Part shown: piece by piece, positions 10,646 to 19,972 of the stretch
How positions within the stretch are numbered: the stretch's first letter is position 1
Layout of the letters: the number at the start of each line of letters is the position of its first letter
From: Calditrichales bacterium
GTDB lineage: Bacteria > Calditrichota > Calditrichia > Calditrichales > J004
NCBI GenBank assembly: GCA_965267575.1
Contig: OZ254086.1
Location: 2,560,001 to 2,624,000, forward strand
Length of the DNA stretch: 64,000 nt
Direction: 5' to 3'
Position numbers and translations under genes: made by a program
Notes under the pieces: model-generated
The model's database searches: none
The model's input: only the letters and a program-made list of their open reading frames with translations
Told to the model about the DNA's origin: nothing

Positions 10646-11062
10646 TCAGGAAAAGGAGACGGGTGGCGGCTTGGGCAGCGGGATACGTTTATAGTTGGCG
10701 TGAGACTGTAATTTTTCAGTGTAGGCGTGTTCGGAAATGCGGGGAGCTTTTAGCGTATATGCGGGTACCGTAAAAACCGATGTGTTCAGGGGCAGGGTGC
10801 TGTGCGGGTTGTCGGCGCAGTCGCTGGCTTCCATTATCGAGAAACCGTCATCCGGCGGCGGCGCGCTGTTGATATCGCAGCAGCAGCATTCGCCATCCAT
10901 GTCGCAGGCGCAGGAGCAGGCTACGTCTTCGGCACTGTTCAGCGCGCAGCTGTCTATGGAAGCAGCGGGCGTAAACCACAGCGCCACGCCGGCCCAGGTA
11001 AACAACAGCTGACCCATCCACAGTAAATGAAATCCTTTTTGGAGAATGTTTTTGGTTTTCAT
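10646..11062 (-). CDS. Cys-rich small exported/membrane protein with Pro-rich C-terminus (DUF2946/CutF-like architecture)
   Basis: Hydrophobic N-terminal segment, CSCACDMDGECCCC, C-terminal RIPLPKPPPVSFS; lies upstream of the Cu-uptake genes. Confidence 0.55.
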   Translation of the reverse strand: MKTKNILQKGFHLLWMGQLLFTWAGVALWFTPAASIDSCALNSAEDVACSCACDMDGECCCCDINSAPPPDDGFSIMEASDCADNPHSTLPLNTSVFTVPAYTLKAPRISEHAYTEKLQSHANYKRIPLPKPPPVSFS

Positions 11063-11112
11063 CTCAGAGTTTCGATTTAACACTACCGTATAAATCCATA
11101 TTGCCTATGGTT

Positions 11113-11211
11113 GTCATTCCCGCGAAGGCGGGAATCCGGTAAATCATCATATGCCGGTCTAATTCCCTCTCTACCAATACCGCAGTGGATTCCTGCCTGC
11201 GCAGGAATGAC
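11113..11211. repeat. Inverted pair of ATTCC-N-GGAAT palindromes (REP/dRS3-like)
   Basis: GTCATTCCCGCGAAGGCGGGAATCC (11113-11137) and GGATTCCTGCCTGCGCAGGAATGAC (11187-11211). Confidence 0.85.
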
Positions 11212-11271
11212 ACCAGCATGTGTCTTTGGCCCCAGGTCCCGGTAGCATGTAAAAATGAAATTACCCAATCC

Positions 11272-12060
11272 TTAAAAATCCTTCAACCGAAAACGGCGTT
11301 GCCCGAACCACAGTGGCAGGGCCATCCACACCAGCATGCTGGCCAGGGCTATGAAAACACCCAGCGTGCTGCCAAAAAAGCGCGAGAAGGCCGCGCCGGT
11401 GTAACCCATCAAAGCGGAAATATCCAGTTGCAGCAGCATAAACACACGACCCAGGTCCACCGGGTTAAGCAGGCTCAAAACGATGGAGACGTTCTCCAAT
11501 GGGTAATCTTGAAAGACGAACAGCAGCAGCATGATCAGGCCGTCGTAGAGCAGCACAAACACCAGCCAGGCCATCACCGCGCTGCCCAGGCCCTTGATGC
11601 GATCTTCAAAGCGGGTGGAGAAAAGAAAGGCCAGCGCCGAAAAGATCATGGTTAAGGCGCTGCCGCTTACGGCCAGGTTCAGGAAGGCGCCGCCGCCTTC
11701 ACCAGGTCCGCCGAAATAGGCCAGGGGAATGGCCACGCCCAGCAGGAAAGCCAGCGTCATCGGCAGGCTCAGGCCCAGGTACATGCCAAAAAACATGCGC
11801 GTGCGGTCCACCGGCTGGGTCAGCAGTAATTCGATAAATTCGCGGGCGTTGTAGAGGTAGATCATGCCAAAAACGAGTGCCACCAGAGGCACCAAAATCA
11901 AAACGATGTTCATCAGGCTGATCACGGCGCGGGCATCGCTGCCCCCAAAACGCATCAGCAAATCGGTCGCCAGCCAGAAAAAAAGCCCGTAGCTGATCAG
12001 CCACTTGCTGCGCAGCAGGTCGTTAAAAACGTAACCGATAATTTTTCTCAACGTTCTCAT
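11272..12060 (-). CDS. nosY: Nitrous oxide reductase maturation ABC permease
   Basis: Multi-TM ABC-2 permease, EFIELLLTQPV and LLNPVDLGRV; follows nosF. Confidence 0.9.
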   Translation of the reverse strand: MRTLRKIIGYVFNDLLRSKWLISYGLFFWLATDLLMRFGGSDARAVISLMNIVLILVPLVALVFGMIYLYNAREFIELLLTQPVDRTRMFFGMYLGLSLPMTLAFLLGVAIPLAYFGGPGEGGGAFLNLAVSGSALTMIFSALAFLFSTRFEDRIKGLGSAVMAWLVFVLLYDGLIMLLLFVFQDYPLENVSIVLSLLNPVDLGRVFMLLQLDISALMGYTGAAFSRFFGSTLGVFIALASMLVWMALPLWFGQRRFRLKDF

Positions 12061-12764
12061 GACATACTCCTCATCATCGAAGCGATGGCCCGCTCCAGCT
12101 TGCTCTCGTTGGTGTGTTGATGCACCATGTCCTTGGTGCCTTCATAAAAAATGTTGCCGTCCAGCAGAAAAACGATACGGTCGGCCAGTTCATCAATCTC
12201 GCTGATGATGTGCGAGGTGAGGATGAACGTTTTGCCGGCGGCGCGCTCCTTCATGATCTTGTCTTTCAGCAGGCTGCTGCTCACCGGGTCCAGCCCGGCC
12301 GTGGGTTCGTCCAAAATCAGTGTTTGGGGTTTAAACAGGAAAGCGATCACCGCACTGACCTTTTGCCGTGTGCCGCCGGAGAGATTCTTCAGCGCCTTGT
12401 TCATCTCCTTCTCCAGCTTAAACCCGCTGATCAGCTCGTCGTCGGTTTGCTCGGGGTTGCCGCGCAGGTCGCGCACCAGGTCCAGCACCTCCTTTACAGT
12501 CAGATTTTCCGGGAAGCGCGCTATCTGCGGCATGTAGCCCAGGTTGTGGCGGTAGGCGCAGTCGCCGTTTACGTGATCGCCGTTTACCTCGATGCTGCCG
12601 CTGTCCGGTTTTACCAGCCCCAGGATGCTTTTGATCAGCGTGGTTTTGCCGGAAGCGTTGGGGCCGACGATGGCATAGACCTGGCCGTCGTCGATGGTCA
12701 GATCGATGGCGCGCAGCACGTTCAGTTTGCCAAAGCTTTTTTGCAGTTCGTTAATTTTTATCAT
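12057..12764 (-). CDS. nosF: ABC ATP-binding protein for Nos maturation
   Basis: GPNASGKT, LSGG, LILDEPT; coupled to nosD and nosY. Confidence 0.9.
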   Translation of the reverse strand: MIKINELQKSFGKLNVLRAIDLTIDDGQVYAIVGPNASGKTTLIKSILGLVKPDSGSIEVNGDHVNGDCAYRHNLGYMPQIARFPENLTVKEVLDLVRDLRGNPEQTDDELISGFKLEKEMNKALKNLSGGTRQKVSAVIAFLFKPQTLILDEPTAGLDPVSSSLLKDKIMKERAAGKTFILTSHIISEIDELADRIVFLLDGNIFYEGTKDMVHQHTNESKLERAIASMMRSMS

Positions 12765-13999
12765 TGTATTCTCCGCATAACAGGGGATTTATCAAGCAGC
12801 GTTTCGGGGGTCAACGCCGGCATAATCGATTCGGCCACGTTGAGCAGGTCCACAAAAAAGCTGCGCATCAGCACCAGCATCGGCGCGTTTTGTTCCACCA
12901 GGTAGCTGAACAGGCTCACCGGACGGTGGGCCACATCGCCGGTGCCGTCGTGGTCCAGGTCGTAGCCTTTGTAGGTATCCCAGTAATTGCTGTCAAAAGT
13001 GTTAAAATTCTGGCGGCTGTTGGTGGACACGTCAAAAGTGTTGGCGATAAAATTGTTTTTTTCAAAATGATTGTCCATGGAGTTGGCCATGATCTTGATG
13101 GCCCAGCCGTTTTGCTCGAACGTGTTGCCGCGCACGCTGAGGCGGTTGCTGGCCTCGCTGTAGATGCCGCGCGAGTTGCGCCGGAAAATGTTGTTTTCAA
13201 TAACGCTGTCGGTGATGTCCTTGAGTAGCAGGCCGTAAGCAGCAGAGCCCCAGTTGTGCTCAAACAGGTTGTTGCGCATTTCCACGTTTTCGGTGTACAT
13301 CACGGCCACGCCGGCATCGTTTTTCAGGAATGTGTTATCGGTGTATTGGCACCTGTCGGAAAACATGAAGTGCAGGCCATAGCGCAGGTTGCCCTCGCTG
13401 TGGTTGGCGCGCACGATGCTTTCTTCCACAAATTCAAAGTATATGCCGTCGCGGTGACCGTAAATGCGGTTATTTTCAATGGTGATGTTTTTGCAGTACC
13501 ACAGGTGGATGCCGTTGCCCGCGGATGATTCTTTTTCAAAAGATGCACGGATGACATTGTTGGCCACGGTAACGTGCGCCGCCTGTGCCAGGTAGATGGC
13601 AAAAAAATTGTTTTCGAATGTACAGTTTTCGATGCGGCCGTGTTGGGCTTCGTTCCATTTGATGGCCGCGTTGTCGTTCATAAAGCTTACCGGTGTATTG
13701 CGCAGGGTCAAACCTGAGATGGTGACATGGTCGGCGCGTACGGTTATAATGGTGCCGCGGTCGCTGCCATCCAGGACAGCACCTTTTTCACCGATCAGTG
13801 TCAGCGCTTTGCTAATTTCCAGCCCGCCTGTATGATGGACCCCGCTTTTAACCAGGATCGTATCGCCGGCAGCAGCCCTTTGTATGGCCTGCGCCAGGTC
13901 ATTGTTGTTGGCGGTTGGCCAGGATACAATCGACATGGCGCCGGCGCCGCTTGCCATAACAATGATGGCTATTATTAATGCCCGCATTTGCCGGAACAT
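12761..13999 (-). CDS. nosD: Nitrous oxide reductase maturation protein
   Basis: Beta-helix repeats, GNGIHLW, HRDGIYFEF, LRYGLHFMFS, NYWD..GYDLDHDGTGD; start set at ATG 13999 after AAAGGA. Confidence 0.93.
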   Translation of the reverse strand: MFRQMRALIIAIIVMASGAGAMSIVSWPTANNNDLAQAIQRAAAGDTILVKSGVHHTGGLEISKALTLIGEKGAVLDGSDRGTIITVRADHVTISGLTLRNTPVSFMNDNAAIKWNEAQHGRIENCTFENNFFAIYLAQAAHVTVANNVIRASFEKESSAGNGIHLWYCKNITIENNRIYGHRDGIYFEFVEESIVRANHSEGNLRYGLHFMFSDRCQYTDNTFLKNDAGVAVMYTENVEMRNNLFEHNWGSAAYGLLLKDITDSVIENNIFRRNSRGIYSEASNRLSVRGNTFEQNGWAIKIMANSMDNHFEKNNFIANTFDVSTNSRQNFNTFDSNYWDTYKGYDLDHDGTGDVAHRPVSLFSYLVEQNAPMLVLMRSFFVDLLNVAESIMPALTPETLLDKSPVMRRIQ

Positions 14000-15057
14000 T
14001 TGCTGCTTTCCTTTGCTGCTTGTGGTGTGAGCCACTCGCTTTTTACCAGGTTTTTGGTTTCCTGCCAGCGCAGGGCTTCCCCGCCATATTGCGCTGTCAG
14101 TTGCGCCGCTTCGCTGTTGTCGGAAACGGCGGTGAGGTTCATGCCCATGGGGCTGCGCAGGTTTTCGCTCTGCACGATCCAGGCATCGTTAACATCCAGC
14201 CAGTTGCCGGGATTGTTAAAATCCATCAGCCACAGGCTGTGCACGTCGTCGCTGCCCTCGCCGTTAGCAGAGACATGCGCCGCCAGGCATTCAATGGAAT
14301 CGAATTTATAGACTTTGCTTTTATTGGTTACCAGCTCGGCGCCGTAGCGTTCGTCGGAGATGGACATGCGGCAGTAGGCGCATTCGTCTTCACCCACGCG
14401 GATGGCTTCCGGTTGCGGGGTGCAGGCGCTTGTAAAAAGCAGTGCCAGTGCGGCAATTGCCACGCCGGAGCCGGCTTTTTTTGCGGCGCGACGTCCGCGG
14501 TCCAGGTAAAGCGCGCCCATGGTCAGCATCACCGAAATACCCATCAGAATGCCGCCGCTTGCCGGCAGCGAGGTGGTTTTCATGTTGAGCAGCTGCTTGG
14601 TGCCGATCAGCGGTGGCTGGTAGCTCATGCCCGGAATTTTGATGGCGGCATGGGGATTGAGGTTATGCCCGTAGTCGTATTCCCACAGGTAAAAGTCCAC
14701 CAGACCCACACCGAGCAAAAGTATGAAAAGCGTCAGCCAGGTCCAGGCCAGCGGTTTTTTGTTCAGCGCGAAAACAGTCAGTCCGCTTACGATCAGGAAG
14801 CCGATCAGCCAGGGCATGATCTTCAGCTCGGGAATCGATTCCGGTTCGATGGTTTTCATGCCAATGTAGTGATTTAGATTGTTGATATTGCGCAAGTCGT
14901 GAGGATTCTCACCGGTGATCTGATCGATCCAGATATACATGCCGATGCCTTCCGGATACTGCGGCGCATCCAGGTCAATATGCCAGATGGGCACGAAATA
15001 GATCGGGATGAGCAGCAGTGTGGCGATCAGAAAGAGTATGCGCGATTTCTTGTTCAT
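13975..15057 (-). CDS. nosL: NosB-like membrane domain fused to NosL copper chaperone
   Basis: N-terminal LDAPQYPEG..NNLNHYIGM with TM helices; C-terminal CAYCRMSI, FDSIECL, SPMG; start at ATG 15057 after GGAG. Confidence 0.85.
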   Translation of the reverse strand: MNKKSRILFLIATLLLIPIYFVPIWHIDLDAPQYPEGIGMYIWIDQITGENPHDLRNINNLNHYIGMKTIEPESIPELKIMPWLIGFLIVSGLTVFALNKKPLAWTWLTLFILLLGVGLVDFYLWEYDYGHNLNPHAAIKIPGMSYQPPLIGTKQLLNMKTTSLPASGGILMGISVMLTMGALYLDRGRRAAKKAGSGVAIAALALLFTSACTPQPEAIRVGEDECAYCRMSISDERYGAELVTNKSKVYKFDSIECLAAHVSANGEGSDDVHSLWLMDFNNPGNWLDVNDAWIVQSENLRSPMGMNLTAVSDNSEAAQLTAQYGGEALRWQETKNLVKSEWLTPQAAKESSKCSGKCGH

Positions 15058-15130
15058 TTTAAACTCCAGATTTTTAAAAGCAGGAGACCCGCATAAGACT
15101 CCGGGCCTCCCACAGTAAGGCATCCGTGCC

Positions 15131-17089
15131 TTATTTGTTTGTTCCGTAGCTTAGTTTAACGTTGCTGTTGCGCGGCGATACACGGATGTAGCCTTGCATT
15201 TCCTGGTGCAGCGCGGAGCAGAAGTCCGTGCAGTAGAAGGGATAGACACCCGGTGCTTTGGGCTCCCAGACCAGCGTGCGTGTTTCTCCCGGCATTACCA
15301 GCAGTTCGGAATTGTTGGCGCCCTGCATGGCGAAACCGTGCGGTACATCCCAGTCTTGTTCCAGGTTTGTGATATGGAAGAAGACCTTGTCGCCCATTTT
15401 GATGCCTTCGATATTGTCCGGGGCAAAGTGCGTACGGATGGTCGTCATTTTGATGTGCACGTCGTTGCCCTGGCGTACGACTTCAGCTTCGGCTTCACCC
15501 TTGGCGGCCCAGGGGTGTGTGTTTTTCTCAATCGGGAAGATCCTGGTTTGATTGGGTGTCACCAGGTCGGCATGGATAGCCTGCGCATAGTGCGGCTCAC
15601 CCATGGTCGGGAAATCCAGCAAAAGCTTCATTTTATCGCCGCTGATGTCGATCAGCTGTGCCGAGTGGGCCAGTTCCGGCCCCGTGGGCAGGTAGCGATC
15701 CTTGGTGATTTTATTAAGCGCCACCAGGTATTTGCCTGCCGGCTTGCGGCTGTCGCCACCGGGGATCATCAGGTGACCGATGCTGTAATATGCCTGGATG
15801 CGGTCAACAACTTCCCACGTGCCAAGCTTCCATTTTACAACTTCCGAAGAGATAAAGGCCGAGGTGTAAGCGTAGCCTTTGCCGTCGAATTCCGTGTGCA
15901 ACGGACCAAGACCGGGATTTTCAACTTCGCCGGCCAGAACCGCGTCATACTTCAGCACGGGAATACCGTCGATGTCGCCTTCAAATTCTTCGTTTTCGAT
16001 GGCTGTAAGCATTTTGCTGTAGGAGTGCACCGGAATAACCGTGGCCAGTTTACCGCCGGCCACGATGTATTCGCCACTGGGATCCACATCAACACCATGC
16101 GGGGATTTTGGCGTTGGCAAATAGTAGATGAGCCCGGGGCATTTTTCCGGATCGAGAATCTTCACTTCATTCTTTTCGATCGTTTCAGCGATGCGGCTGT
16201 CATGATCCATGCGATTGATAACATACTTGCCGGGTGCAGTGCGTGCGCGACCTTCGGCCAGGTACTCTTCCGCTTTTTTCCAGTTAACCGCGGCAATAAA
16301 GTCCTTGTCATTCTGCGAAGCATTTACTTCAAGAAGGGTGTGTGCCTCTTCACTGTTATAGCTTGTAAAGAAAACCCAGCCGTGTGACGGGCCTTTACCT
16401 GCATGTGCCAGGTCGTAGTTGAAACCGGGCACCAGGATCTGGAAGGCGATGTCCATATGACCGTCGTCATCCACCTTAATAAAGGTAACCGTGCCTTTGA
16501 AGTTTTCTTTATAGCTGTCAATACTTACATCTTCATTGGGAATAGGAACGGAAAAGCGTGTGCTTGCCACAACGTATTCGGTGTTCTGGGTTATAAAGGG
16601 CGAAGCGTGGTTACCGGCCGAGTTGGGGATCTGAATGATCTCTTCGGTCTCGAAGGACTTCAGGCTTAACCGTGCCACACGCGTGGTGTTGTTGCCGTTA
16701 ATGAACAGCCAGCGGCCGTCCGGGGCGCCGTCGGTTTGCGACAGCTCCGGGTGGTGGGCGTCATCCCACGGTACAAAGCCGAACGTGGTATTCAGCATCG
16801 GCTTGGTCTCTTCGGAATAGCCCCAGCCGTTTTCCGGAAACTGGCTGAAAACCGGTATGGTTTTGATCAGGCGACCCGAAGGCAGACCATGTACGGTGAC
16901 GTTGCCGCTGAATCCGCCGGACATAAAGGCGTAGAATTCATCATAGCTGCCCGGGGCAACATAGACCTGCTGCGCAATTTCTTCGGTACCGATCATCTTT
17001 TTTTGCCCCTGGCAATGCCAGAAGACAACCAAAGCCAGTGCCAGCAGAAGTGCCGGACCGATTTTGCGATATAGAGTTGAACGAGTCAT
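15131..17089 (-). CDS. nosZ: Clade II (Sec-dependent) nitrous oxide reductase
   Basis: No twin-Arg motif; CuZ ligand motifs DAHH, GNH, SPHG, GPLH, GHL, EPH; CuA motif CTDFCSALHQEM. Confidence 0.97.
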   Translation of the reverse strand: MTRSTLYRKIGPALLLALALVVFWHCQGQKKMIGTEEIAQQVYVAPGSYDEFYAFMSGGFSGNVTVHGLPSGRLIKTIPVFSQFPENGWGYSEETKPMLNTTFGFVPWDDAHHPELSQTDGAPDGRWLFINGNNTTRVARLSLKSFETEEIIQIPNSAGNHASPFITQNTEYVVASTRFSVPIPNEDVSIDSYKENFKGTVTFIKVDDDGHMDIAFQILVPGFNYDLAHAGKGPSHGWVFFTSYNSEEAHTLLEVNASQNDKDFIAAVNWKKAEEYLAEGRARTAPGKYVINRMDHDSRIAETIEKNEVKILDPEKCPGLIYYLPTPKSPHGVDVDPSGEYIVAGGKLATVIPVHSYSKMLTAIENEEFEGDIDGIPVLKYDAVLAGEVENPGLGPLHTEFDGKGYAYTSAFISSEVVKWKLGTWEVVDRIQAYYSIGHLMIPGGDSRKPAGKYLVALNKITKDRYLPTGPELAHSAQLIDISGDKMKLLLDFPTMGEPHYAQAIHADLVTPNQTRIFPIEKNTHPWAAKGEAEAEVVRQGNDVHIKMTTIRTHFAPDNIEGIKMGDKVFFHITNLEQDWDVPHGFAMQGANNSELLVMPGETRTLVWEPKAPGVYPFYCTDFCSALHQEMQGYIRVSPRNSNVKLSYGTNK

Positions 17090-17119
17090 CAAAGGACCTC
17101 CTTTAAAGGTTTAGTAGGG

Positions 17120-17626
17120 TTAGTTTTGATTTTTGAATACAGGTGCGCTGGCAATGTTTTGCTCTTTGCCTTCCTTTGCCTGCAAGCGCATATAGTGCAG
17201 GAGCTGCATCGCTTCTTCCATGGCAATGTTCTGGTTGGGCATGGGCGTCAGGTATTCGCCAAGAAGCTTTTGGCCCAGGGGATGCTTTTTCACGTTTTCA
17301 TCGGGATTAAGCATCTGGTTGAGTACCCACTCGTTTGTGCGGCGCTCGGTGACGTAACGCAGGGCAGGGGCCACATAGCGCTCATCCATTTTGTGGCAGG
17401 CGGCGCATTTGGCTTTGAAGGCTTCCTCGCCTTTTTGGGCCATGGCTTTGTCTATTTCGCCAACCGCAATTTTTTCTGTTACCGGACCGATACCGTTCTC
17501 CATCTGGAAATCGGTCAGACCGTTTGGATTAGCCGGTTTGGCTTGTTCGGCCTGCTGGTCACCGCCGCCGCAGGCAGCGAAAGTCAGCAACCCGGCTATA
17601 GCTAAGAGATAAATAAAAAGACGCAT
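17120..17626 (-). CDS. Lipoprotein monoheme cytochrome c (NosC-like electron donor)
   Basis: Lipobox FAAC, CAACH, distal Met in PMPNQ; immediately upstream of nosZ. Confidence 0.88.
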   Translation of the reverse strand: MRLFIYLLAIAGLLTFAACGGGDQQAEQAKPANPNGLTDFQMENGIGPVTEKIAVGEIDKAMAQKGEEAFKAKCAACHKMDERYVAPALRYVTERRTNEWVLNQMLNPDENVKKHPLGQKLLGEYLTPMPNQNIAMEEAMQLLHYMRLQAKEGKEQNIASAPVFKNQN

Positions 17627-17648
17627 TAGATTACTCCTTATTTAAGAT

Positions 17649-17668
17649 TTAAGACTATTTTGTCTCTT
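17649..17668. promoter_or_regulatory. Putative Rrf2 operator upstream of cytochrome c-nosZ
   Basis: TTAAGAC-TATTTT-GTCTCTT, a near copy of the perfect palindrome at 18166. Confidence 0.65.
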
Positions 17669-17684
17669 TTTAGGTTAAAAAAAC

Positions 17685-18146
17685 TCAGTTGTTTGTTAAA
17701 GTCCCGTTTACAACCACATCATAAAGGCGCAGGTTACCGGCGTTTATTTCACCGGCCAGTTCGGAAAGGCGGCTGGCGCTCAGATTCCGGCGCAGCTCTT
17801 CGCGCGTCTGCCCCCACATGCTGTGCAGCGGGCAGGGCTTTTCAATGCTGCAGCCGGGCAATCCCAGTAGGCATTCCTGGAAAATTTTCTTTCCGTCAAT
17901 CGCTTCCACAACATCCAGAATCGAAATATCCTGCGCGTGGCGTGCCAGTGTTACACCTCCCTTGGGCCCTTTAAACGATTCGATCAGATTGTGCTGCGTC
18001 AACGTCTGCAAAATCTTGGTCAGAAAATGAAAGGAAATATTCAGCTTTTCCGACACCTCTTTGATCGGGATATAGCGGCGCTGGTCCTCAATGGCCAGGT
18101 AAATCAACGCGCGTACACCGTAAACACAAGATTTTGAAAGCAGCAT
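17685..18146 (-). CDS. Rrf2-family transcriptional regulator with three Cys (probable Fe-S)
   Basis: SKSCVYGVRALIYLA, SFKGPKGGVTLAR, CLLGLPGCSIEKPCPLH; start at ATG 18146 after AAGGA. Confidence 0.9.
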   Translation of the reverse strand: MLLSKSCVYGVRALIYLAIEDQRRYIPIKEVSEKLNISFHFLTKILQTLTQHNLIESFKGPKGGVTLARHAQDISILDVVEAIDGKKIFQECLLGLPGCSIEKPCPLHSMWGQTREELRRNLSASRLSELAGEINAGNLRLYDVVVNGTLTNN

Positions 18147-18165
18147 TTTTTGTCCTTTATTGGAA

Positions 18166-18185
18166 TTAAGACTCTTTTGTCTTAA
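18166..18185. promoter_or_regulatory. Putative Rrf2 autoregulatory operator
   Basis: Perfect inverted repeat TTAAGAC-N6-GTCTTAA, 20 bp upstream of the Rrf2 start. Confidence 0.7.
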
Positions 18186-18301
18186 ATATACGGACATTTT
18201 TCACAAGGTCAAGAGGAAATTTTAACTTTTTTTAAAAAATTGGTCAAAAGAGTTTTGGTCCGGAAGTCTTTAGGTCGGGAAGTCCCGGCGTCGTTGTGCC
18301 T

Positions 18302-18411
18302 TCATCCCGGCCTGTCCCTATGTTTTTTATCGGGGTTGGCGTTGTTTGCCACACCGGGATCGCGTGTCGGGGATGAGGAAGGGGCCCCGGCACCAGGGCC
18401 GGGGTGACAGG
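18302..18411. repeat. REP-like composite repeat
   Basis: Near copy of 127-186 plus GGAAGGGGCCCCGGCACCAGGGCCGGGGTGACAGG (identical at 19841-19875). Confidence 0.85.
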
Positions 18412-18429
18412 CAGGTTGCTGTACTATAA

Positions 18430-18539
18430 AGATCATGATCATGAGCAGGATCACGATCATGATTTACCTGAACACCTGAACACCTGAACACCTGAACACT
18501 TTAACACTTTAACACAATAGCACCTTAGCACCTTAGCAC
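18430..18539. repeat. Short tandem repeats (GATCAT hexamers; ACCTGAAC/ACTTTAAC/ACCTTAGC octamers)
   Basis: Read directly from sequence; related ACCTTAAC x3 at about 19946-19970. Confidence 0.8.
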
Positions 18540-18550
18540 GATACAGCGCA

Positions 18551-19576
18551 TCACAGCACATCATGGTGGTTATCAATCTGCTCTTTCAAGCCGCTGTAGA
18601 TGATGTTCCTGATATTGTCGTTATTATAAAAATTATGTGGAAAACTTAGCTCAAATTTGCTCAGCTCGTTTAGCTCGGCGATATGCTTATCGCTTAAACT
18701 GTGCTCCAGGCAACCAAGGTTATCTTTCACCTGGCTCTCCTTACTGGCACCGAGTATAGGGATGATGAGAGCCGGTTGCTGGCGTACCCAGTTAATGGCC
18801 ACCTGCGACGGCGAGCAGCCCACCTCTTTAGCGATGTCTACTACTTTTTGTGCAAGCTTCAGGTTCTTTTCCGGAATCTTGTTGCCATCTACGCGCCCGT
18901 CCGTATCACCCTGGTTGTATTTCCCGGTGAGCACGCCGCCACCCAGCGCGCTCCAGGTGGTCACCGCCATATCATAAAAACGTGAAGCTGGCAGCAGATC
19001 CTGCTCAATGGTGCGGTCCAGCAGGCTGTATTTTAGCTGCATGGCCACAAAACGGTTCCAGCCGCGCAGCTCGGCTATGGTGTTGGCGCGACTCACCACC
19101 CAGGCCGGTGTATCGGAGATACCGATATAATGCACCTTGCCCGAGCGGATCAGGTCGTTAAGTCCCAGCAGCACTTCTTCCACCGGCGTAGTGTAATCCC
19201 AGGCATGCAGCCAGTACAGGTCAATATAGTCGGTGTTGAGACGCTTCAGGCTGGCATCAACCGCCTGCATCATGTTCTTGCGGTGATTACCGGAAAAGTT
19301 GGGATCGTCTTTGCGGGTGAAAAGCGTATATTTGGTGGCCAGCACAAAGTGGTCGCGGTCGGAATGGATAAATTCACCGACGTATTTCTCACTTGTACCT
19401 TCGGTGTAGCGGTTGGCCGTATCAATAAAATTACCGTCGGCGTTGGCATAGGCATCGAATATTTTTTTGGATTCCTCTTTCGTAGCGCCCCAGCCCCACT
19501 CTTCGCCAAAGGTCATCGTACCCAGGCACAGTTCCGAAACGCGCAGGCCGCTGCGGCCCAATAATTTGTAGCGCAT
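18551..19576 (-). CDS. Aldo/keto reductase
   Basis: LGRSGLRVSELCLGTMTFG, NFIDTANRY, LATKY, TDYIDLYWLH, IGISD, IPILGA. Confidence 0.93.
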   Translation of the reverse strand: MRYKLLGRSGLRVSELCLGTMTFGEEWGWGATKEESKKIFDAYANADGNFIDTANRYTEGTSEKYVGEFIHSDRDHFVLATKYTLFTRKDDPNFSGNHRKNMMQAVDASLKRLNTDYIDLYWLHAWDYTTPVEEVLLGLNDLIRSGKVHYIGISDTPAWVVSRANTIAELRGWNRFVAMQLKYSLLDRTIEQDLLPASRFYDMAVTTWSALGGGVLTGKYNQGDTDGRVDGNKIPEKNLKLAQKVVDIAKEVGCSPSQVAINWVRQQPALIIPILGASKESQVKDNLGCLEHSLSDKHIAELNELSKFELSFPHNFYNNDNIRNIIYSGLKEQIDNHHDVL

Positions 19577-19714
19577 AATCCCCTCCACTCTAAGAGCATT
19601 TATGAATTCATTTTCACAACATAATAAGAAAAACAATCATTCCGGGAAAAGATAATTGCTGAACCAGGAGAGTGGTGCGACGTTGATTTCGCTTAAAATG
19701 GTTAAGCCGTCAAT

Positions 19715-19875
19715 GTCATTCCCGACCCCGATCGGGAATCCATTCTTGCGGCCCTTTGTTAGTGATTGTGATTATTTCCCGTAACGGCTCAATCGGATCC
19801 CTGCCTTCGCTGGGATGACAGGATGTATGGCCGGGAAACAGGAAGGGGCCCCGGCACCAGGGCCGGGGTGACAGG
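19715..19875. repeat. REP-like composite repeat
   Basis: GTCATTCCCGACCCCGATCGGGAATCC / GGATCCCTGCCTTCGCTGGGATGAC pair plus the CCCCGG..CCGGGGTGAC unit. Confidence 0.85.
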
Positions 19876-19972
19876 GTAGGTTGATGGTTTGGCGAGTTAA
19901 TAATTTGTCACCAGTTTGGAATCATATAGATAATAAGTTCAATTTACCTTAACACCTTAACACCTTAACACA

